A stretch of 64,000 nt of DNA, taken from positions 30,399 through 94,398 of the forward strand of contig JBMNOZ010000004.1 in assembly GCA_050943335.1 (NCBI GenBank). Reading direction: 5' to 3'. Each line of letters begins with the position of its first letter. The first letter of the stretch is position 1. Both the position numbers and the translations under genes were made by a program. This stretch comes from Desulfitobacteriia bacterium (GTDB lineage Bacteria > Bacillota > Desulfitobacteriia > Desulfitobacteriales > Syntrophobotulaceae). Under the pieces are notes generated by a model. It did not search any database. It saw only the letters and a list, made by a program, of their open reading frames with translations, and was not told the DNA's origin. This document shows positions 45,801 through 56,841 of the stretch, one piece after another.

Positions 45801-47606
45801 CTATTCTTTTGTTGCTAAAAGCCGGTCAATTTCTTCTTGCTTCGCAGTAACGAAGAGAGTTTTGTTTTGTTCATAAATAACCATTCCCGGCTTTGCACCC
45901 CGGGGTTTTTTAACATATTTTGCCCGGGTGTAATCCACAGGGATATTGGAAGAATATCTGGCCGGGCTAAAATAAGCGGCGAGAGCCGCGGCTTCCAGCA
46001 GAGTTTGTTCATCGGGGAACTCTTCTTCCCGATTTAAAGGGACAATAACATGAGCGCCGGGAATGTCTTTAACATGGAGCCAAAGGTCGGTGGGCTTGGC
46101 TTCCTTTAGGGTCAGGCGATCGTTTTGCTTATTATTCCGTCCGACAATGATAGTTTTCCCGGTTTTGGAAATATAACGATGGGGTTGGGAAATTCTTTCT
46201 TCCTCTTTTCTTTTACGGGAGCCGGCTCTTTTTCTTTGTTTCGCATTTTTATCGGCAATATAACCTTGCTCCACCAGTTCAGTATATATTTCGTCAAGCT
46301 CAGTTTCATCTTCCGCTTGTTCAATACCGGAAAGCAGAGATTGAAGATAAAGGACTTCTTCCGAGACAGCATCTAAAAAGGGTTTAGTTTTTTTAATTGC
46401 GGATTTAGCTTTATTATATTGTTTGAAATAACGCTGGGCATTTTCCGCTCCGCTTAAAGCAGGGTCCAGAGGAATAGTAAGGGGCTTGAGATCCGGATCA
46501 GTATAATCCTCCACTGTAATTTCAGTCATTCTGGGCGTTAGTTTATAGAGGTTAGCAGTTAAAAGTTCGCCAAACTTTTGTGCTTTTAACTCTTTTTCGG
46601 CTTTGGTTATAGTGTTTTGGTAAATTCCTTGTTTCTTTTTCGATCGCTGGTATTGATCCCGGACAACCTTTAGCAAGGACCCTCTGCGGGCTTCGTTTTG
46701 GTGATGAGCAGTTTTTTGTTCATAATAAATTCGTATGGCGTCATTAAGGCTAGGCACCGGCTGCCAGAGGCAATCAAAATATTGTTCATAAGGAATTAAA
46801 GAAAAGGCGTAAGGCGGGGTCTTAAGTTTGGAAGTATAATAAATACCGGGTTTTGGTACAAAAGTATCCCTATCCCGCAAAAAGTAGGCATAAACTTGAA
46901 AAAGACGGCTTAGATCAATATCCCCGCAGTTATCTAAAACTTCATCCAGATCCAGTTTAGCCCTCAAAACTATCTCCTTGGCTAATTCCGGACTCAAACC
47001 TTGGAAGAGGGCTACTAGAGCATCTTTTACTTTTCTGTCTAAAGGATATTCCAAAAGGCGAGCGGTGAAATCCTGTTCGTTATCTACTACTGGGGTTTTA
47101 TCTTGAGTCGGGGGAAGAATGTATTCTCTTCCCGGTAGAACTTCACGGTGTTTGGAAAGAAGGGAAGAATAGCGTCTCAGGCCGTCAAGGATGGTATTTG
47201 ATTGGGGATTTACTAAAATCAAGTTGCTATGCTTACCCATAATTTCTAAGTAAAGGTGGTAGTCTTGCAGATCACTTTTTTCATTATGGTTTTGAATATT
47301 AAAAAGAATAATTCTATCTAAACCCAACTGACGAAGATCGGTAATTTTGCCCCCTTCCAAATGTTTGCGAAGAATCATGCAGAACATGGGAGGATGGGCA
47401 GGGTTTTTTTTGGTTTGATCGGTAAGGTGAATTCTAGGAGCGGTACTGCCGGCATTAATTAAAAGTCGTCGGTATTCTCTTCTCCCTCGAAGTAAAAGAT
47501 GGACTTCTTCCTTTTCCGGTTGTTGAATTCTATCTATGCGGGTGTCGATTAAAAGTGGAAACAGTTCCTTTATTAAATGGTGGATTGTGATACTGTCTAA
47601 GGCCAT
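45801..47606 (-). CDS. rqcH: Ribosome quality control factor RqcH (NFACT / FbpA family)
   Basis: N-terminal MALDSITIHHL..RIDRIQQP and C-terminal NFACT-R DLWLHVKDIPGAHVIV. ATG 47606 sits 5 nt after AAAGGAG. Confidence 0.9.
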   Translation of the reverse strand: MALDSITIHHLIKELFPLLIDTRIDRIQQPEKEEVHLLLRGRREYRRLLINAGSTAPRIHLTDQTKKNPAHPPMFCMILRKHLEGGKITDLRQLGLDRIILFNIQNHNEKSDLQDYHLYLEIMGKHSNLILVNPQSNTILDGLRRYSSLLSKHREVLPGREYILPPTQDKTPVVDNEQDFTARLLEYPLDRKVKDALVALFQGLSPELAKEIVLRAKLDLDEVLDNCGDIDLSRLFQVYAYFLRDRDTFVPKPGIYYTSKLKTPPYAFSLIPYEQYFDCLWQPVPSLNDAIRIYYEQKTAHHQNEARRGSLLKVVRDQYQRSKKKQGIYQNTITKAEKELKAQKFGELLTANLYKLTPRMTEITVEDYTDPDLKPLTIPLDPALSGAENAQRYFKQYNKAKSAIKKTKPFLDAVSEEVLYLQSLLSGIEQAEDETELDEIYTELVEQGYIADKNAKQRKRAGSRKRKEEERISQPHRYISKTGKTIIVGRNNKQNDRLTLKEAKPTDLWLHVKDIPGAHVIVPLNREEEFPDEQTLLEAAALAAYFSPARYSSNIPVDYTRAKYVKKPRGAKPGMVIYEQNKTLFVTAKQEEIDRLLATKE

Positions 47607-47720
47607 GGAAACTCCTTTCCTCAAATAAATTTCAAGTTAAGTATAACATAGATTAAGTTATTTTTTGCGGACAGGCTGAATAGCATGTACTAAGGGCTTT
47701 AGGGAAAAGGAGGAACCAAG

Positions 47721-50447
47721 ATGCAGCGACTAATGTGGCATATACTCACCAGCAGTGAAATAGGAAGGCACCTCAAGGTGGACCCGGAGAGGGGTTTGAG
47801 CGATAGGGAGGCTAAACAGCGGCTGGTGGAATTTGGGCCTAATGTTTTGACGGTCAAAAAAGGGGTTAACCCAGCTTTCTTATTTTTAGGCCAATTCAAA
47901 GATTTTATGGTTTTGGTTTTAATGGTAGCCACACTGATATCCGGTTTATTAGGGGAGATAGCTGATGCCATTACTATTTTAGCGATTATTTTAGTCAATG
48001 CCATTTTAGGGTTTGTGCAAGAGTTTAAGGCTGAAAAATCGATGCAGTCTTTACGTTCTTTAACTGCTCCGGAGGCTACAGTTTTAAGAAACAACACTTT
48101 ACGAAAAATTCCCGCTTCGGAACTGGTCCCTGGAGATATTGTCATGGTTAAAGCGGGAGATCGTGTTCCTGCTGATGTTCGCTGGCTTAAAACTACAAAT
48201 CTAATGCTTGAGGAATCGGCCCTTACCGGCGAGTCCCAACCGGTGAGCAAGGTAAATCATCCCCTGCGAGAAGAGTATATCCCTATTGCCGATCGTAAAA
48301 ACATGGGCTTTATGGGTACCGTTGTTGTAGGCGGCAGGGGGATAGGAATTGTTATTGCTACAGGAATGGAAACAGAGATGGGAATTATCGCCGGCATGAT
48401 TCAAGACGCTAAAGAAGAAGAAACTCCTTTACAGAAAAGGTTAGCTCAATTGGGAAAATGGCTGGTGACCATCAGTTTAGCGGTGTGTTTTGTAGTGGTG
48501 GTTACCGGGATTCTACAGGGTGAAAGCCTGACTAAAATGTTCTTTGCCGGGGTAACCCTTGCCGTGGCTGCTATTCCGGAAGGACTTCCGGCTATAGTAA
48601 CGGTAGCTTTGGCTATCGGGGTCCAGAGGATGGTTAAAAGAAGAGCTATAATCCGCAAATTACCGGCTGTAGAGACCTTAGGGTGTGCAACTGTGATTTG
48701 TGCCGATAAAACCGGGACTTTAACTCAAAATGAAATGACGGTCAGGAAAATTTATTGTGAGGACCGGATTATTACAGTGAGCGGTCAGGGGTATGATCCT
48801 AAAGGGGATTATCAGGGAATTGATGTTTACAAGGATAAAGGCCCCTTGAGGGAACTACTTAAATGCGCGGCTTTATGCAATAATGCTGTCCTTACCAAAA
48901 AAGGAATCCGGGTAAGCGGTCTATTTCGAGATAATAAAAGCAGGGTGTGGAAAATAGAAGGGGATCCTACTGAAGGAGCCTTGCTGGTTGCCGCTGCCAA
49001 AGCAGGGGTTTGGCGAGAAGGTCTGGAACGAAAACTGGAAAGGGTTGCCGAAATACCCTTTAATTCGGAACGTAAAAGGATGACTGTTCTTTATAGGGAT
49101 AAGAAAAACCTCAAAGCTTATGTTAAAGGAGCTCCGGATACAATCCTTGCCCTTTGTACCCGGGAGATGACTAAGGAAGGGATAGTAGAGCTTACCCCGG
49201 AAAGAAAAAAAGAGATTCTCTCTATAAATGATGAGATGGCTAGTCAGGCTTTGCGAGTTTTGGCTTTAGCGGAAAGAGAAGTGGCTGAAGAAGAAACAGA
49301 GAGAGAAATCGAAAAAGATTTGATCTTTATCGGGTTAATGGGGATGATTGATCCCCCGCGGATAAGCGCCATTAAGGCTATTAGAATATGTAGAGCAGCC
49401 GGGATTAAGCCTGTTATGATTACTGGTGATCATAAATTGACGGCTGCGGCAGTAGCCCGGGAATTGGGCATTTTTCAAGGCTCTAATTCTCGAGTGGTTA
49501 CCGGCACGGAACTGGAAAGAATGAGCGATGAAGATTTAAGAGAAGAGGTAATGGATATTGCTGTTTTCGCCAGAGTTGCTCCCCGGGATAAACTCAGAAT
49601 TGTTAGGGCCTTAAAAGAAAACGAACAAATTGTGGCCATGACTGGGGACGGGGTGAATGACGCCCCGGCGATTAAAGAAGCGGATATCGGTGTTGCTATG
49701 GGGCAAAGCGGAACTGATGTAGCTAAAGAGGCTTCGGCAATGGTTATTGCCGATGATAATTTTGCAACCATTGTGGCGGCTATTGAGGAAGGGAGAGGAA
49801 TCTACGATAATATCCGGAAGTTTATCCGTTATCTTCTCTCCTGCAATTTAGGTGAGGTTTTAGTTATGTTTTTAGGAACTTTGGCGGGGCTCCCCCTTCC
49901 CTTATTACCCATTCAAATCTTGTGGGTGAATCTAGTGACCGACGGTCTACCAGCCATGGCTTTAGGAGTGGACGGCACGGACCCGGAAATAATGAAGAGG
50001 AAACCGCGTAAACCTAACGAAAGTGTTTTTGCCAGAGGGTTAGGGCGTAAAATTCTAATGCGAGGGACTATGATCGGTATTGGAACCTTAATTGTCTTTG
50101 TCCTCGGTTTATGGTCCGGAGTAGGGCTTTTAGAAGCTCGGACCATGGCTTTTACTACCTTGGTTTTTTCTCAACTCTTTCATGTTTTTGATTGTAAATC
50201 AGAAAGCCGTGGAATTTTCGAAGTTGAATTGTTTTCCAATCCTTATTTAATTGTGGCCGTCTTTATTTCCGCGACAATGCAGTTAAGTGTAATTTATTTA
50301 CCGGCTTTGCAAGCTATTTTTAAAACCGCTGCTCTCGGTTTCTGGCAATGGGGTATTATCCTCATAGTAGCCGGTGGTCCGAGCCTGTTAATCGGCTTTG
50401 GAAGAGCATTTCTGAACGGGCTCCGGCGGAGAAAACGCTTTGCCTAA
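47721..50447 (+). CDS. yloB: P-type Ca2+-transporting ATPase (SERCA/YloB type)
   Basis: TGES, PEGLPA, CADKTGTLTQN, MITGDH, TGDGVNDAPAIKEADIG. About 10 TM. Confidence 0.93.
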   Translation: MQRLMWHILTSSEIGRHLKVDPERGLSDREAKQRLVEFGPNVLTVKKGVNPAFLFLGQFKDFMVLVLMVATLISGLLGEIADAITILAIILVNAILGFVQEFKAEKSMQSLRSLTAPEATVLRNNTLRKIPASELVPGDIVMVKAGDRVPADVRWLKTTNLMLEESALTGESQPVSKVNHPLREEYIPIADRKNMGFMGTVVVGGRGIGIVIATGMETEMGIIAGMIQDAKEEETPLQKRLAQLGKWLVTISLAVCFVVVVTGILQGESLTKMFFAGVTLAVAAIPEGLPAIVTVALAIGVQRMVKRRAIIRKLPAVETLGCATVICADKTGTLTQNEMTVRKIYCEDRIITVSGQGYDPKGDYQGIDVYKDKGPLRELLKCAALCNNAVLTKKGIRVSGLFRDNKSRVWKIEGDPTEGALLVAAAKAGVWREGLERKLERVAEIPFNSERKRMTVLYRDKKNLKAYVKGAPDTILALCTREMTKEGIVELTPERKKEILSINDEMASQALRVLALAEREVAEEETEREIEKDLIFIGLMGMIDPPRISAIKAIRICRAAGIKPVMITGDHKLTAAAVARELGIFQGSNSRVVTGTELERMSDEDLREEVMDIAVFARVAPRDKLRIVRALKENEQIVAMTGDGVNDAPAIKEADIGVAMGQSGTDVAKEASAMVIADDNFATIVAAIEEGRGIYDNIRKFIRYLLSCNLGEVLVMFLGTLAGLPLPLLPIQILWVNLVTDGLPAMALGVDGTDPEIMKRKPRKPNESVFARGLGRKILMRGTMIGIGTLIVFVLGLWSGVGLLEARTMAFTTLVFSQLFHVFDCKSESRGIFEVELFSNPYLIVAVFISATMQLSVIYLPALQAIFKTAALGFWQWGIILIVAGGPSLLIGFGRAFLNGLRRRKRFA

Positions 50448-50460
50448 ATTGTTTAATATC

Positions 50461-50488
50461 TTGACGCCTGCCCTATTTGAAGTAAAAT
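50461..50488 (+). promoter_or_regulatory. Sigma-A type promoter of the second chemoreceptor gene
   Basis: TTGACG (50461-50466), 16 nt spacer, TAAAAT (50483-50488). Confidence 0.45.
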
Positions 50489-50564
50489 AATAAGAAAAGC
50501 TCAAAAATATACATAATTTGCACAAAAATGTAATTTTGAGCAAGGGTAGGGGGATGGGCAAAAA

Positions 50565-52301
50565 TTGAAATGGTTTTTAAATTTTAAGACAAGGACCAAA
50601 TTAATCATCGGGTTTTTATTGATGGTGTTAATAATTCTTCTCCAAGGAACTTTTAGCTATTTAAATGTTAATAAAGTTAATAATAATGTGGCGAAGATAT
50701 ACCAGGACGGTTTAGGAAAAATAAAACTGGTAGAAGAGATAAATACCAATTTGGATCTTGCTGAAAATGAAATTGCAAATATTGTCTGGAAACAACAGGT
50801 GGTTCAAGACATAGAGGAATTAGAACAAAGATATACCCATATCAAGAATCTTGCCCGGAATAATAACGCCCTTATGAAAGAGTATAAAAGTTTTGACCTT
50901 ATGAATACTGAAGAAGAGCTTATAAAAAGATATGAAACAGTTATTGCAGACTATAGAGCTACTTGGGAAATGACAATTGAGGCTGTTAAAAACAAGGATT
51001 ATGAACTTGGTCAGGAGCTGAATGAAAGCGCGGCTGAAATTAGAGAAGAATTAAGAAGAATCCTCAGCGGTATGGAGGGGGAAGCGGAGCGCTTTGCCGA
51101 TAGTCTCAAAGCTGCCTCTGATGAGGTTTACAAAAGAACAATTTTCACGATCTCTATAATCAGTATTGCCGGCTTGTTTATTGCTATATTTTTAGGGGTC
51201 TTGATCAGCATTATAGTAACCAGACCGATTAGGAAGGCAGTTGAAATGGCTAATTCCTATGCGGAGGGAGATTTCTCCAAAGAGATTCAGAAACAATATT
51301 TCAACAGACGGGATGAAGGCGGCGAATTAGCTAAGGCTTTTCATAAAATAGCCTCGAATATGCGGCAGACATTAAAGGAAATTTTAGATACGGCAGAGAA
51401 TATGAGCGCCTCCAGCCAGGAGCTTTCAGCCTCAACTGAGGAAATGACTGCGCAAGGAGAGAACTCCCGTCAGGCTACTCAGGAGATCGCCGCAGGAATG
51501 GAGGGAACCTCAGCAGTAATCGAAGAATTACTAGCTTCCAGTACGGAAATTAGCAAAAGTGCCGGCCAATTAACGGAGAAAGCCCAGGAGGGAGATCGTT
51601 TACTATTAGAAATAAAATCAAAAGCCCAGGCTTTAAGGAAAAAAGGAGAAGAGGCCAAAAACGAAGCGATAAGCATTTACCAGCAAAGCCGGGTGAAAGT
51701 TACCGAAGCCATTAAGGAAGGGGAAATCGTTAACGAAATAGGAGTGATGGCCAATAGTATTTCCGATATTGCCGGACAGACAAATCTTTTAGCTTTAAAC
51801 GCAGCCATAGAGGCCGCCAGTGCCGGTGAGCAGGGAAGAGGCTTTGCGGTGGTGGCGGAGGAAATTAGAAAATTGGCGGAACAGTCGGAAAATACAGTAG
51901 CAGAGATCCAGACGATGGTCGATAAGGTAAAAGCTTCCTTTAGTAATTTAACTGAAAATGCTGAAGATGTTTTAGGGTTTATTGAAGAAAAGGTAACTGC
52001 CGACTATGAAGTTCTGGTAGAGACAGGGATGCAGTATTTCAATGATGCCACAGTAATAGAAGCTTTGATTAATGACTTTTCAAGAACGGCCATCGAGATC
52101 CAAGCTGCAATTGAGCAATCCAATACAGCTATCGATAATGTAGCCACAACTATCCACCAGGCTTCCGGAAATGCTCAGGATATAGCAACAAACATCTTAG
52201 AATTAAGCAAAGCCATGGAACAAATAGCCAGTGTGGCCCAAGAACAAGCTACTTTGGCAATGACTTTAAATAATATGGTCCAGAGGTTTAAACTGAAATA
52301 G
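50565..52301 (+). CDS. Methyl-accepting chemotaxis protein, four-helix-bundle type sensor, HAMP, MA domain
   Basis: TM1, a helical ~170-aa sensor, TM2, HAMP ([19 protein letters not shown]), and signalling hairpin [30 protein letters not shown]. Confidence 0.92.
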   Translation: MKWFLNFKTRTKLIIGFLLMVLIILLQGTFSYLNVNKVNNNVAKIYQDGLGKIKLVEEINTNLDLAENEIANIVWKQQVVQDIEELEQRYTHIKNLARNNNALMKEYKSFDLMNTEEELIKRYETVIADYRATWEMTIEAVKNKDYELGQELNESAAEIREELRRILSGMEGEAERFADSLKAASDEVYKRTIFTISIISIAGLFIAIFLGVLISIIVTRPIRKAVEMANSYAEGDFSKEIQKQYFNRRDEGGELAKAFHKIASNMRQTLKEILDTAENMSASSQELSASTEEMTAQGENSRQATQEIAAGMEGTSAVIEELLASSTEISKSAGQLTEKAQEGDRLLLEIKSKAQALRKKGEEAKNEAISIYQQSRVKVTEAIKEGEIVNEIGVMANSISDIAGQTNLLALNAAIEAASAGEQGRGFAVVAEEIRKLAEQSENTVAEIQTMVDKVKASFSNLTENAEDVLGFIEEKVTADYEVLVETGMQYFNDATVIEALINDFSRTAIEIQAAIEQSNTAIDNVATTIHQASGNAQDIATNILELSKAMEQIASVAQEQATLAMTLNNMVQRFKLK

Positions 52302-52434
52302 AGTATTTAGAATTAAGAGTTTGTCTGTTTGACCTGTTTAACCCTGTATACTTCCGCCTAAATATTGACCCTTTTCCCATTGCATAGTATTCTTTATAGA
52401 AGCGGGTCAGTATTTGGCAAAGGGGGTAAAGGGT

Positions 52435-53274
52435 ATGAACTTTATCAAAATGCATGGTCTGGGGAATGATTTTATTTGCCTGGACCATTTTCTTATTCCT
52501 TCCGTTGCTGATTACCCGGAATTAGCCCGCTACCTATGCCATAGACAACTGGGGGTTGGGGCCGATGGTTTAATTGTCATCCTTCCCTCTGATAAAGCCG
52601 ATGTTAAGATGAGAATTTTTAATGCCGATGGTTCAGAACCGGAAATGTGTGGTAATGGGATTCGCTGTTTAGCCCGGTATGTCTATGAAAAAGGGTATTT
52701 ACAGAGAAAGTCCTTAAAGATAGAAACAAAAGCCGGAATTTTGAATGTCGGCTTGGAAATAGAGGAAAACAAAGTTAAAGCAGTGAAAGTAGGAATGGGA
52801 GAACCGATTCTCAATCCTAAGGAAATTCCCGTCTTGGTAGAAGGAGAACGAGCACTTGGAAAAGAACTTGTAGTTTTGGGGGAGAAAAGAGTTTTTAGTG
52901 CCGTATCTATGGGAAACCCCCATTGTATTCTTTTTGTGGAAGATCTGGAAGAAGTGGAACTAGAAGTATTAGGTCCGGCAATTGAAAATCATCCTTGTTT
53001 TCCCCAAAAGACCAATGTGGAGTTTGTGGTTGTGGAAAACCGCCGGGAATTAACGATGAAGGTTTGGGAAAGAGGAGTAGGTCCTACCCTTGCCTGCGGA
53101 ACCGGGGCCTGTGCTGTTGTGGTGGCGGCAATTCTGGAAGGCCGAACCGAAAACGAGGTTTTAGTTCATTTGCCCGGTGGAGATCTTAAAATAGAATGGG
53201 CAACAGATAACCAAATATATATGACCGGTCCCGCAGAATATGTTTTTAAAGGACAACTTTGGAGAAATAAATAA
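52435..53274 (+). CDS. dapF: Diaminopimelate epimerase
   Basis: MNFIKMHGLGNDF, the catalytic CGNG and ACGTGA. ATG 52435 sits 8 nt after AGGGGG. Confidence 0.95.
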   Translation: MNFIKMHGLGNDFICLDHFLIPSVADYPELARYLCHRQLGVGADGLIVILPSDKADVKMRIFNADGSEPEMCGNGIRCLARYVYEKGYLQRKSLKIETKAGILNVGLEIEENKVKAVKVGMGEPILNPKEIPVLVEGERALGKELVVLGEKRVFSAVSMGNPHCILFVEDLEEVELEVLGPAIENHPCFPQKTNVEFVVVENRRELTMKVWERGVGPTLACGTGACAVVVAAILEGRTENEVLVHLPGGDLKIEWATDNQIYMTGPAEYVFKGQLWRNK

Positions 53275-53298
53275 AATACTAGGAGGATAAATCGACTA

Positions 53299-54540
53299 AT
53301 GGCACATGTAAATGAAAATTATTTGAAACTACCTGGTAGCTACCTTTTTTCTGAAATAGCCCGCCGTGTAAAAGAGTTTAGCGCTGAAAACCCCGAGGCT
53401 GAGATTATAAGAATGGGTATCGGCGATGTGACCAGACCTTTAGTTCCGGCTGTAATCGAAGCTATGCATAAAGCAGTGGATGAGATGGGTCAATTTGAAA
53501 CTTTCAGAGGTTACGGTCCGGAACAGGGATATGAGTTTTTAGCCGAAAAAATAATTGAAAATGACTTTAAAGCCCGAGGTATTGATTTAGCTCTCGATGA
53601 AGTGTTCATTAGTGACGGGGCAAAAACTGACACTGCAAACTTCCAGGAAATTTTGGGTACGAATAATATTGTGGCTGTTACTGATCCGGTCTATCCCGTT
53701 TACGTTGACAGTAATGTAATGGCTGGTAGAACAGGGGCGGTGAATGAAAAAGGGCAGTTTGAAAGAATTGTTTATTTGCCCTGTACCGAGGAAAACGGCA
53801 TGAAACCGGATTTACCTACTTCAAAAGTGGATATGATTTATCTCTGTTATCCCAATAACCCTACAGGAATGACTTTAACCAAAGAAGAATTAAAAAAATG
53901 GGTGGATTTCGCCAGGGAAAATCAAGCTCTCATTTTATTCGATGCTGCCTACGAAGCTTTTATTCAGGAAGAAGATGTTCCCCACAGTATTTTTGAAATT
54001 GAAGGGGCCCGGGAAGTGGCAGTAGAATTTAGAAGCTTTTCCAAAAACGCTGGCTTTACCGGCACCAGATGTGCCTATACAGTAGTTCCAAAGGAACTCA
54101 TAGCTTATGACTCACAAGGTCAAGGTCATAGTCTTAATTCATTATGGCTCAGAAGACAGACCACTAAATTTAACGGCGTCTCTTACCCGGTTCAGGTTGC
54201 TGCCGCCGCCGTCTATACTCCGGAAGGAAAAAAACAAATTCAAGAAACTATTGATTATTACATGGCCAATGCCAAGATAATTAGAGAGGGATTGGAGAAA
54301 GCAGGCTATAAAGTATTTGGCGGTATTAATGCTCCTTATATCTGGATGAAAACACCTGACAAGATGTCATCTTGGGACTTCTTTGACAAACTGATGAAAG
54401 AAGCCCATGTTATCGGTACTCCGGGAGCAGGTTTTGGAGCCAGCGGAGAGGGATACTTCCGTTTAACCGCTTTTAATACCCGGGAGAATACTGAAAAAGC
54501 GATAAGCAGAATTGTAGAAAAACTAGGACGAGGGTACTAA
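53299..54540 (+). CDS. dapL: LL-diaminopimelate aminotransferase
   Basis: [22 protein letters not shown]-terminus typical of DapL; [15 protein letters not shown]-lysine motif. Confidence 0.9.
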   Translation: MAHVNENYLKLPGSYLFSEIARRVKEFSAENPEAEIIRMGIGDVTRPLVPAVIEAMHKAVDEMGQFETFRGYGPEQGYEFLAEKIIENDFKARGIDLALDEVFISDGAKTDTANFQEILGTNNIVAVTDPVYPVYVDSNVMAGRTGAVNEKGQFERIVYLPCTEENGMKPDLPTSKVDMIYLCYPNNPTGMTLTKEELKKWVDFARENQALILFDAAYEAFIQEEDVPHSIFEIEGAREVAVEFRSFSKNAGFTGTRCAYTVVPKELIAYDSQGQGHSLNSLWLRRQTTKFNGVSYPVQVAAAAVYTPEGKKQIQETIDYYMANAKIIREGLEKAGYKVFGGINAPYIWMKTPDKMSSWDFFDKLMKEAHVIGTPGAGFGASGEGYFRLTAFNTRENTEKAISRIVEKLGRGY

Positions 54541-54557
54541 TTGAAGGCAAATTGACA

Positions 54558-54621
54558 AAACTGTACCTATTGATTTTAATTTTCCGGTTCGAGGGATAAT
54601 AAGAAAAGGTAGGTACAGTTT
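54558..54621 (+). other. Long-loop hairpin: 12-bp perfect stem with a 40-nt loop, between dapL and the HExxH orphan
   Basis: AAACTGTACCTA (54558-54569) pairs with TAGGTACAGTTT (54610-54621). TTGACA at 54552-54557 abuts the 5' arm. Confidence 0.4.
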
Positions 54622-54655
54622 ATTTCATCTTTAAGGACCGGAGGTCGAATTTGAT

Positions 54656-55612
54656 ATGAGGATTTTAAAGAATAAATTGAGTAATGAGGTATGGGAATTA
54701 TACCAAAAAACAAAAGAGGGTTTGGAAGAAAAGAGCAAGAAGTTGGAAGTAATCTTAAAAAGGCCCCATTTTAGTGATGGGGCGGCAGCTTATCTGCAGG
54801 ACAAGCAGGGCAATTATGAAATTTACGTTGATCCGAAATATTTAAAGGATTTTGTGTTTTCCCATGAATTGCTACATATCGATATTAAGGAAAACGCCTC
54901 GATTCCTGAACTGATAACTATTGAAGAGGGAGCCGGGGATACAAGTCGTTATATTGCCTTATTGCATATGGATGCCGTAGAGCATAAATGGATATTGGCA
55001 GAACAAAGGCGTATGGGGATAAATGGGGAAAAAGATTATGTCCAAGAGTTTTTTGCCAATTTATTAGAGCAGGAGTATAAAGAAGCCGGAAGTATTACTG
55101 GGGATTTTTTATTAACCGGTTATTTATTTTCTTTTATGAACGATTTTCCGGAGCATATTGAGCTCTGTCAAAAAAAATTGCAGGATAAATATCCTGTGGC
55201 AGCGAAAAATGCTTCGGAGATAGTCAATGATCTGCCTGATTTGTCGAGTTTTACTCCCTATTATCTTAAAAGATATATTGTCAAAAGTATTAATAAATGG
55301 ATTGAGCTTTTATCTCGAGATTATTTGAATTGTAATTTTATTAGACAGGATATTATTGTCCCAGCGGTTTTTAGAGATATCCAACTCGATGTTCAGGCCG
55401 AAGCCTTGATCGGCATTTTCGGAGAAATGGAAAAATATTTTCTCTATACTTTGGCCGATTATCAAAAATGCAGCCCTAATTATTCCCCGGACAAAATTTC
55501 GATTGAATATATCCAAGACCTTATTGCTACCGAGACGGTGCGGGCGGTTTTTGAAGAATTGGAATTGTCCTACTACCTTGATAATAGGGACGGAACTTGG
55601 AGTAAGGGTTAA
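54656..55612 (+). CDS. Hypothetical cytoplasmic protein with a single HExxH motif (putative metallopeptidase-like)
   Basis: FSHELLHIDI near residue 70. No TM or signal peptide. Strongly AT-rich: 28% and 23% G+C on two counted 60-nt lines, versus 50% on a dapL line. Confidence 0.6.
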   Translation: MRILKNKLSNEVWELYQKTKEGLEEKSKKLEVILKRPHFSDGAAAYLQDKQGNYEIYVDPKYLKDFVFSHELLHIDIKENASIPELITIEEGAGDTSRYIALLHMDAVEHKWILAEQRRMGINGEKDYVQEFFANLLEQEYKEAGSITGDFLLTGYLFSFMNDFPEHIELCQKKLQDKYPVAAKNASEIVNDLPDLSSFTPYYLKRYIVKSINKWIELLSRDYLNCNFIRQDIIVPAVFRDIQLDVQAEALIGIFGEMEKYFLYTLADYQKCSPNYSPDKISIEYIQDLIATETVRAVFEELELSYYLDNRDGTWSKG

Positions 55613-55642
55613 TAAAGGGTTTTTGTTAAGGAGTCGATTTGA

Positions 55643-56521
55643 TTGGTAAATAGTATGACTGGGTTTGGCAGGGGAGAAGCAGAAGGAGATGGTTTTTATT
55701 TCTCTGTGGAGATAAAAGCTGTTAATCATCGCTTTTTAGAGATTAGTGTTAAACAGCCTCGTAGTTTTTTGATGTTTGAGGAATTAATACGCAAAAAAGT
55801 TCAAGAAAGACTTCAGCGAGGTCGCATAGAGATTTATATCAATATAAAGGAAATTGAAGAAAGACAGAGAATAGTTAAGGTTGACAAAGAATTAAGCCTG
55901 GCGTATGATAATAATTTGAGGGAATTGGCGAAAGAGCTGAAGATTGGTTACATTACCGATGTGTTCCAGCTTATTTCTCTACCGGAAGTATTAAGTTTGG
56001 AAGAAGAAGAAATCGAAGAAGAACTGCTTTTTCCGGTATTAGAGAAGGCCCTTGATAAAGCCTTGAATGAACTGGTGTTTATGCGGGAACGGGAAGGGGA
56101 AAGATTAAAGAAAGATCTGGAGGAAAAAATCCAGAATTTAAAGAGATTAACCGGGGAAATCAGGGCCAGGGCTCCACAAATTAGCGTGGAATACCGGGAA
56201 AGATTGCAGGAGAGACTTGCCGATCTTTTATCTGATACAACTCTTGATGAAAGCCGTTTGGCAATGGAAGTTGCACTATTGGCGGACAAGGCTTCCGTCG
56301 ATGAAGAGCTGGTCAGACTAGAGAGCCATCTGGAAGAGTTTGGAGTTATTTTGGCTTCTACGGAACCCACAGGGAGAAGACTTGATTTTTTAGTCCAGGA
56401 AATGAATCGTGAAATCAATACCATAGGGTCTAAAGCTAACGATCTTACAATCACTCGTCAGGTGCTTGAAAGCAAAAGCGAACTGGAGAAAATTAGGGAA
56501 CAGATCCAAAATATCGAATAG
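55643..56521 (+). CDS. yicC: YicC-family endoribonuclease (YloC)
   Basis: MVNSMTGFGRGE N-terminus, VNHRFLE, and C-terminal REINTIGSKAND. TTG 55643 sits 9 nt after AAGGAG. Confidence 0.9.
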   Translation: MVNSMTGFGRGEAEGDGFYFSVEIKAVNHRFLEISVKQPRSFLMFEELIRKKVQERLQRGRIEIYINIKEIEERQRIVKVDKELSLAYDNNLRELAKELKIGYITDVFQLISLPEVLSLEEEEIEEELLFPVLEKALDKALNELVFMREREGERLKKDLEEKIQNLKRLTGEIRARAPQISVEYRERLQERLADLLSDTTLDESRLAMEVALLADKASVDEELVRLESHLEEFGVILASTEPTGRRLDFLVQEMNREINTIGSKANDLTITRQVLESKSELEKIREQIQNIE

Positions 56522-56551
56522 CAAATATTTATTCGGATAGGAGGAAAGCAA

Positions 56552-56821
56552 ATGGATATTAAATTAATAAACATAGGATTTGGAAACATCGTTTCCGCTA
56601 ATAGGATTGTCGCCATTGTCAGTCCCGAATCCGCGCCCATTAAGAGAATAATTCAGGAAGCACGGGAAGAGGGAATGTTAATTGATGCTACTTATGGTCG
56701 GAGAACGAGGGCTGTTGTTATTTGTGACAGCCATCATGTCATTCTTTCTGCTGTCCAACCGGAAACCGTTGCCAATCGTCTAATTGTAAAAGAACATGTT
56801 AATGATGATCTGAATATATAG
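56552..56821 (+). CDS. remA: RemA/YlzA (DUF370) regulator
   Basis: [33 protein letters not shown]...[13 protein letters not shown]. Confidence 0.92.
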   Translation: MDIKLINIGFGNIVSANRIVAIVSPESAPIKRIIQEAREEGMLIDATYGRRTRAVVICDSHHVILSAVQPETVANRLIVKEHVNDDLNI

Positions 56822-56841
56822 TTAGTGGCCGCTGGAGGTAT

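Noticed and set aside
47699-48250. 183-aa ORF on the minus strand
   Set aside because: It is antisense to the 5' part of the well-supported P-type ATPase gene and to the rqcH/yloB divergent promoter region. It has no SD and no recognisable motifs.
52302-52434. Possible lysine (L-box) riboswitch upstream of dapF-dapL
   Set aside because: The gap is only ~130 nt, and I see none of the conserved L-box helices or motifs. A simple TTGACC-17-TATTCT promoter-like arrangement explains it better.
55948-56454. 168-aa serine-rich ORF on the minus strand
   Set aside because: It is antisense to yicC. The serine/leucine-rich composition is the mirror of a Glu/Leu-rich coiled-coil coding strand.
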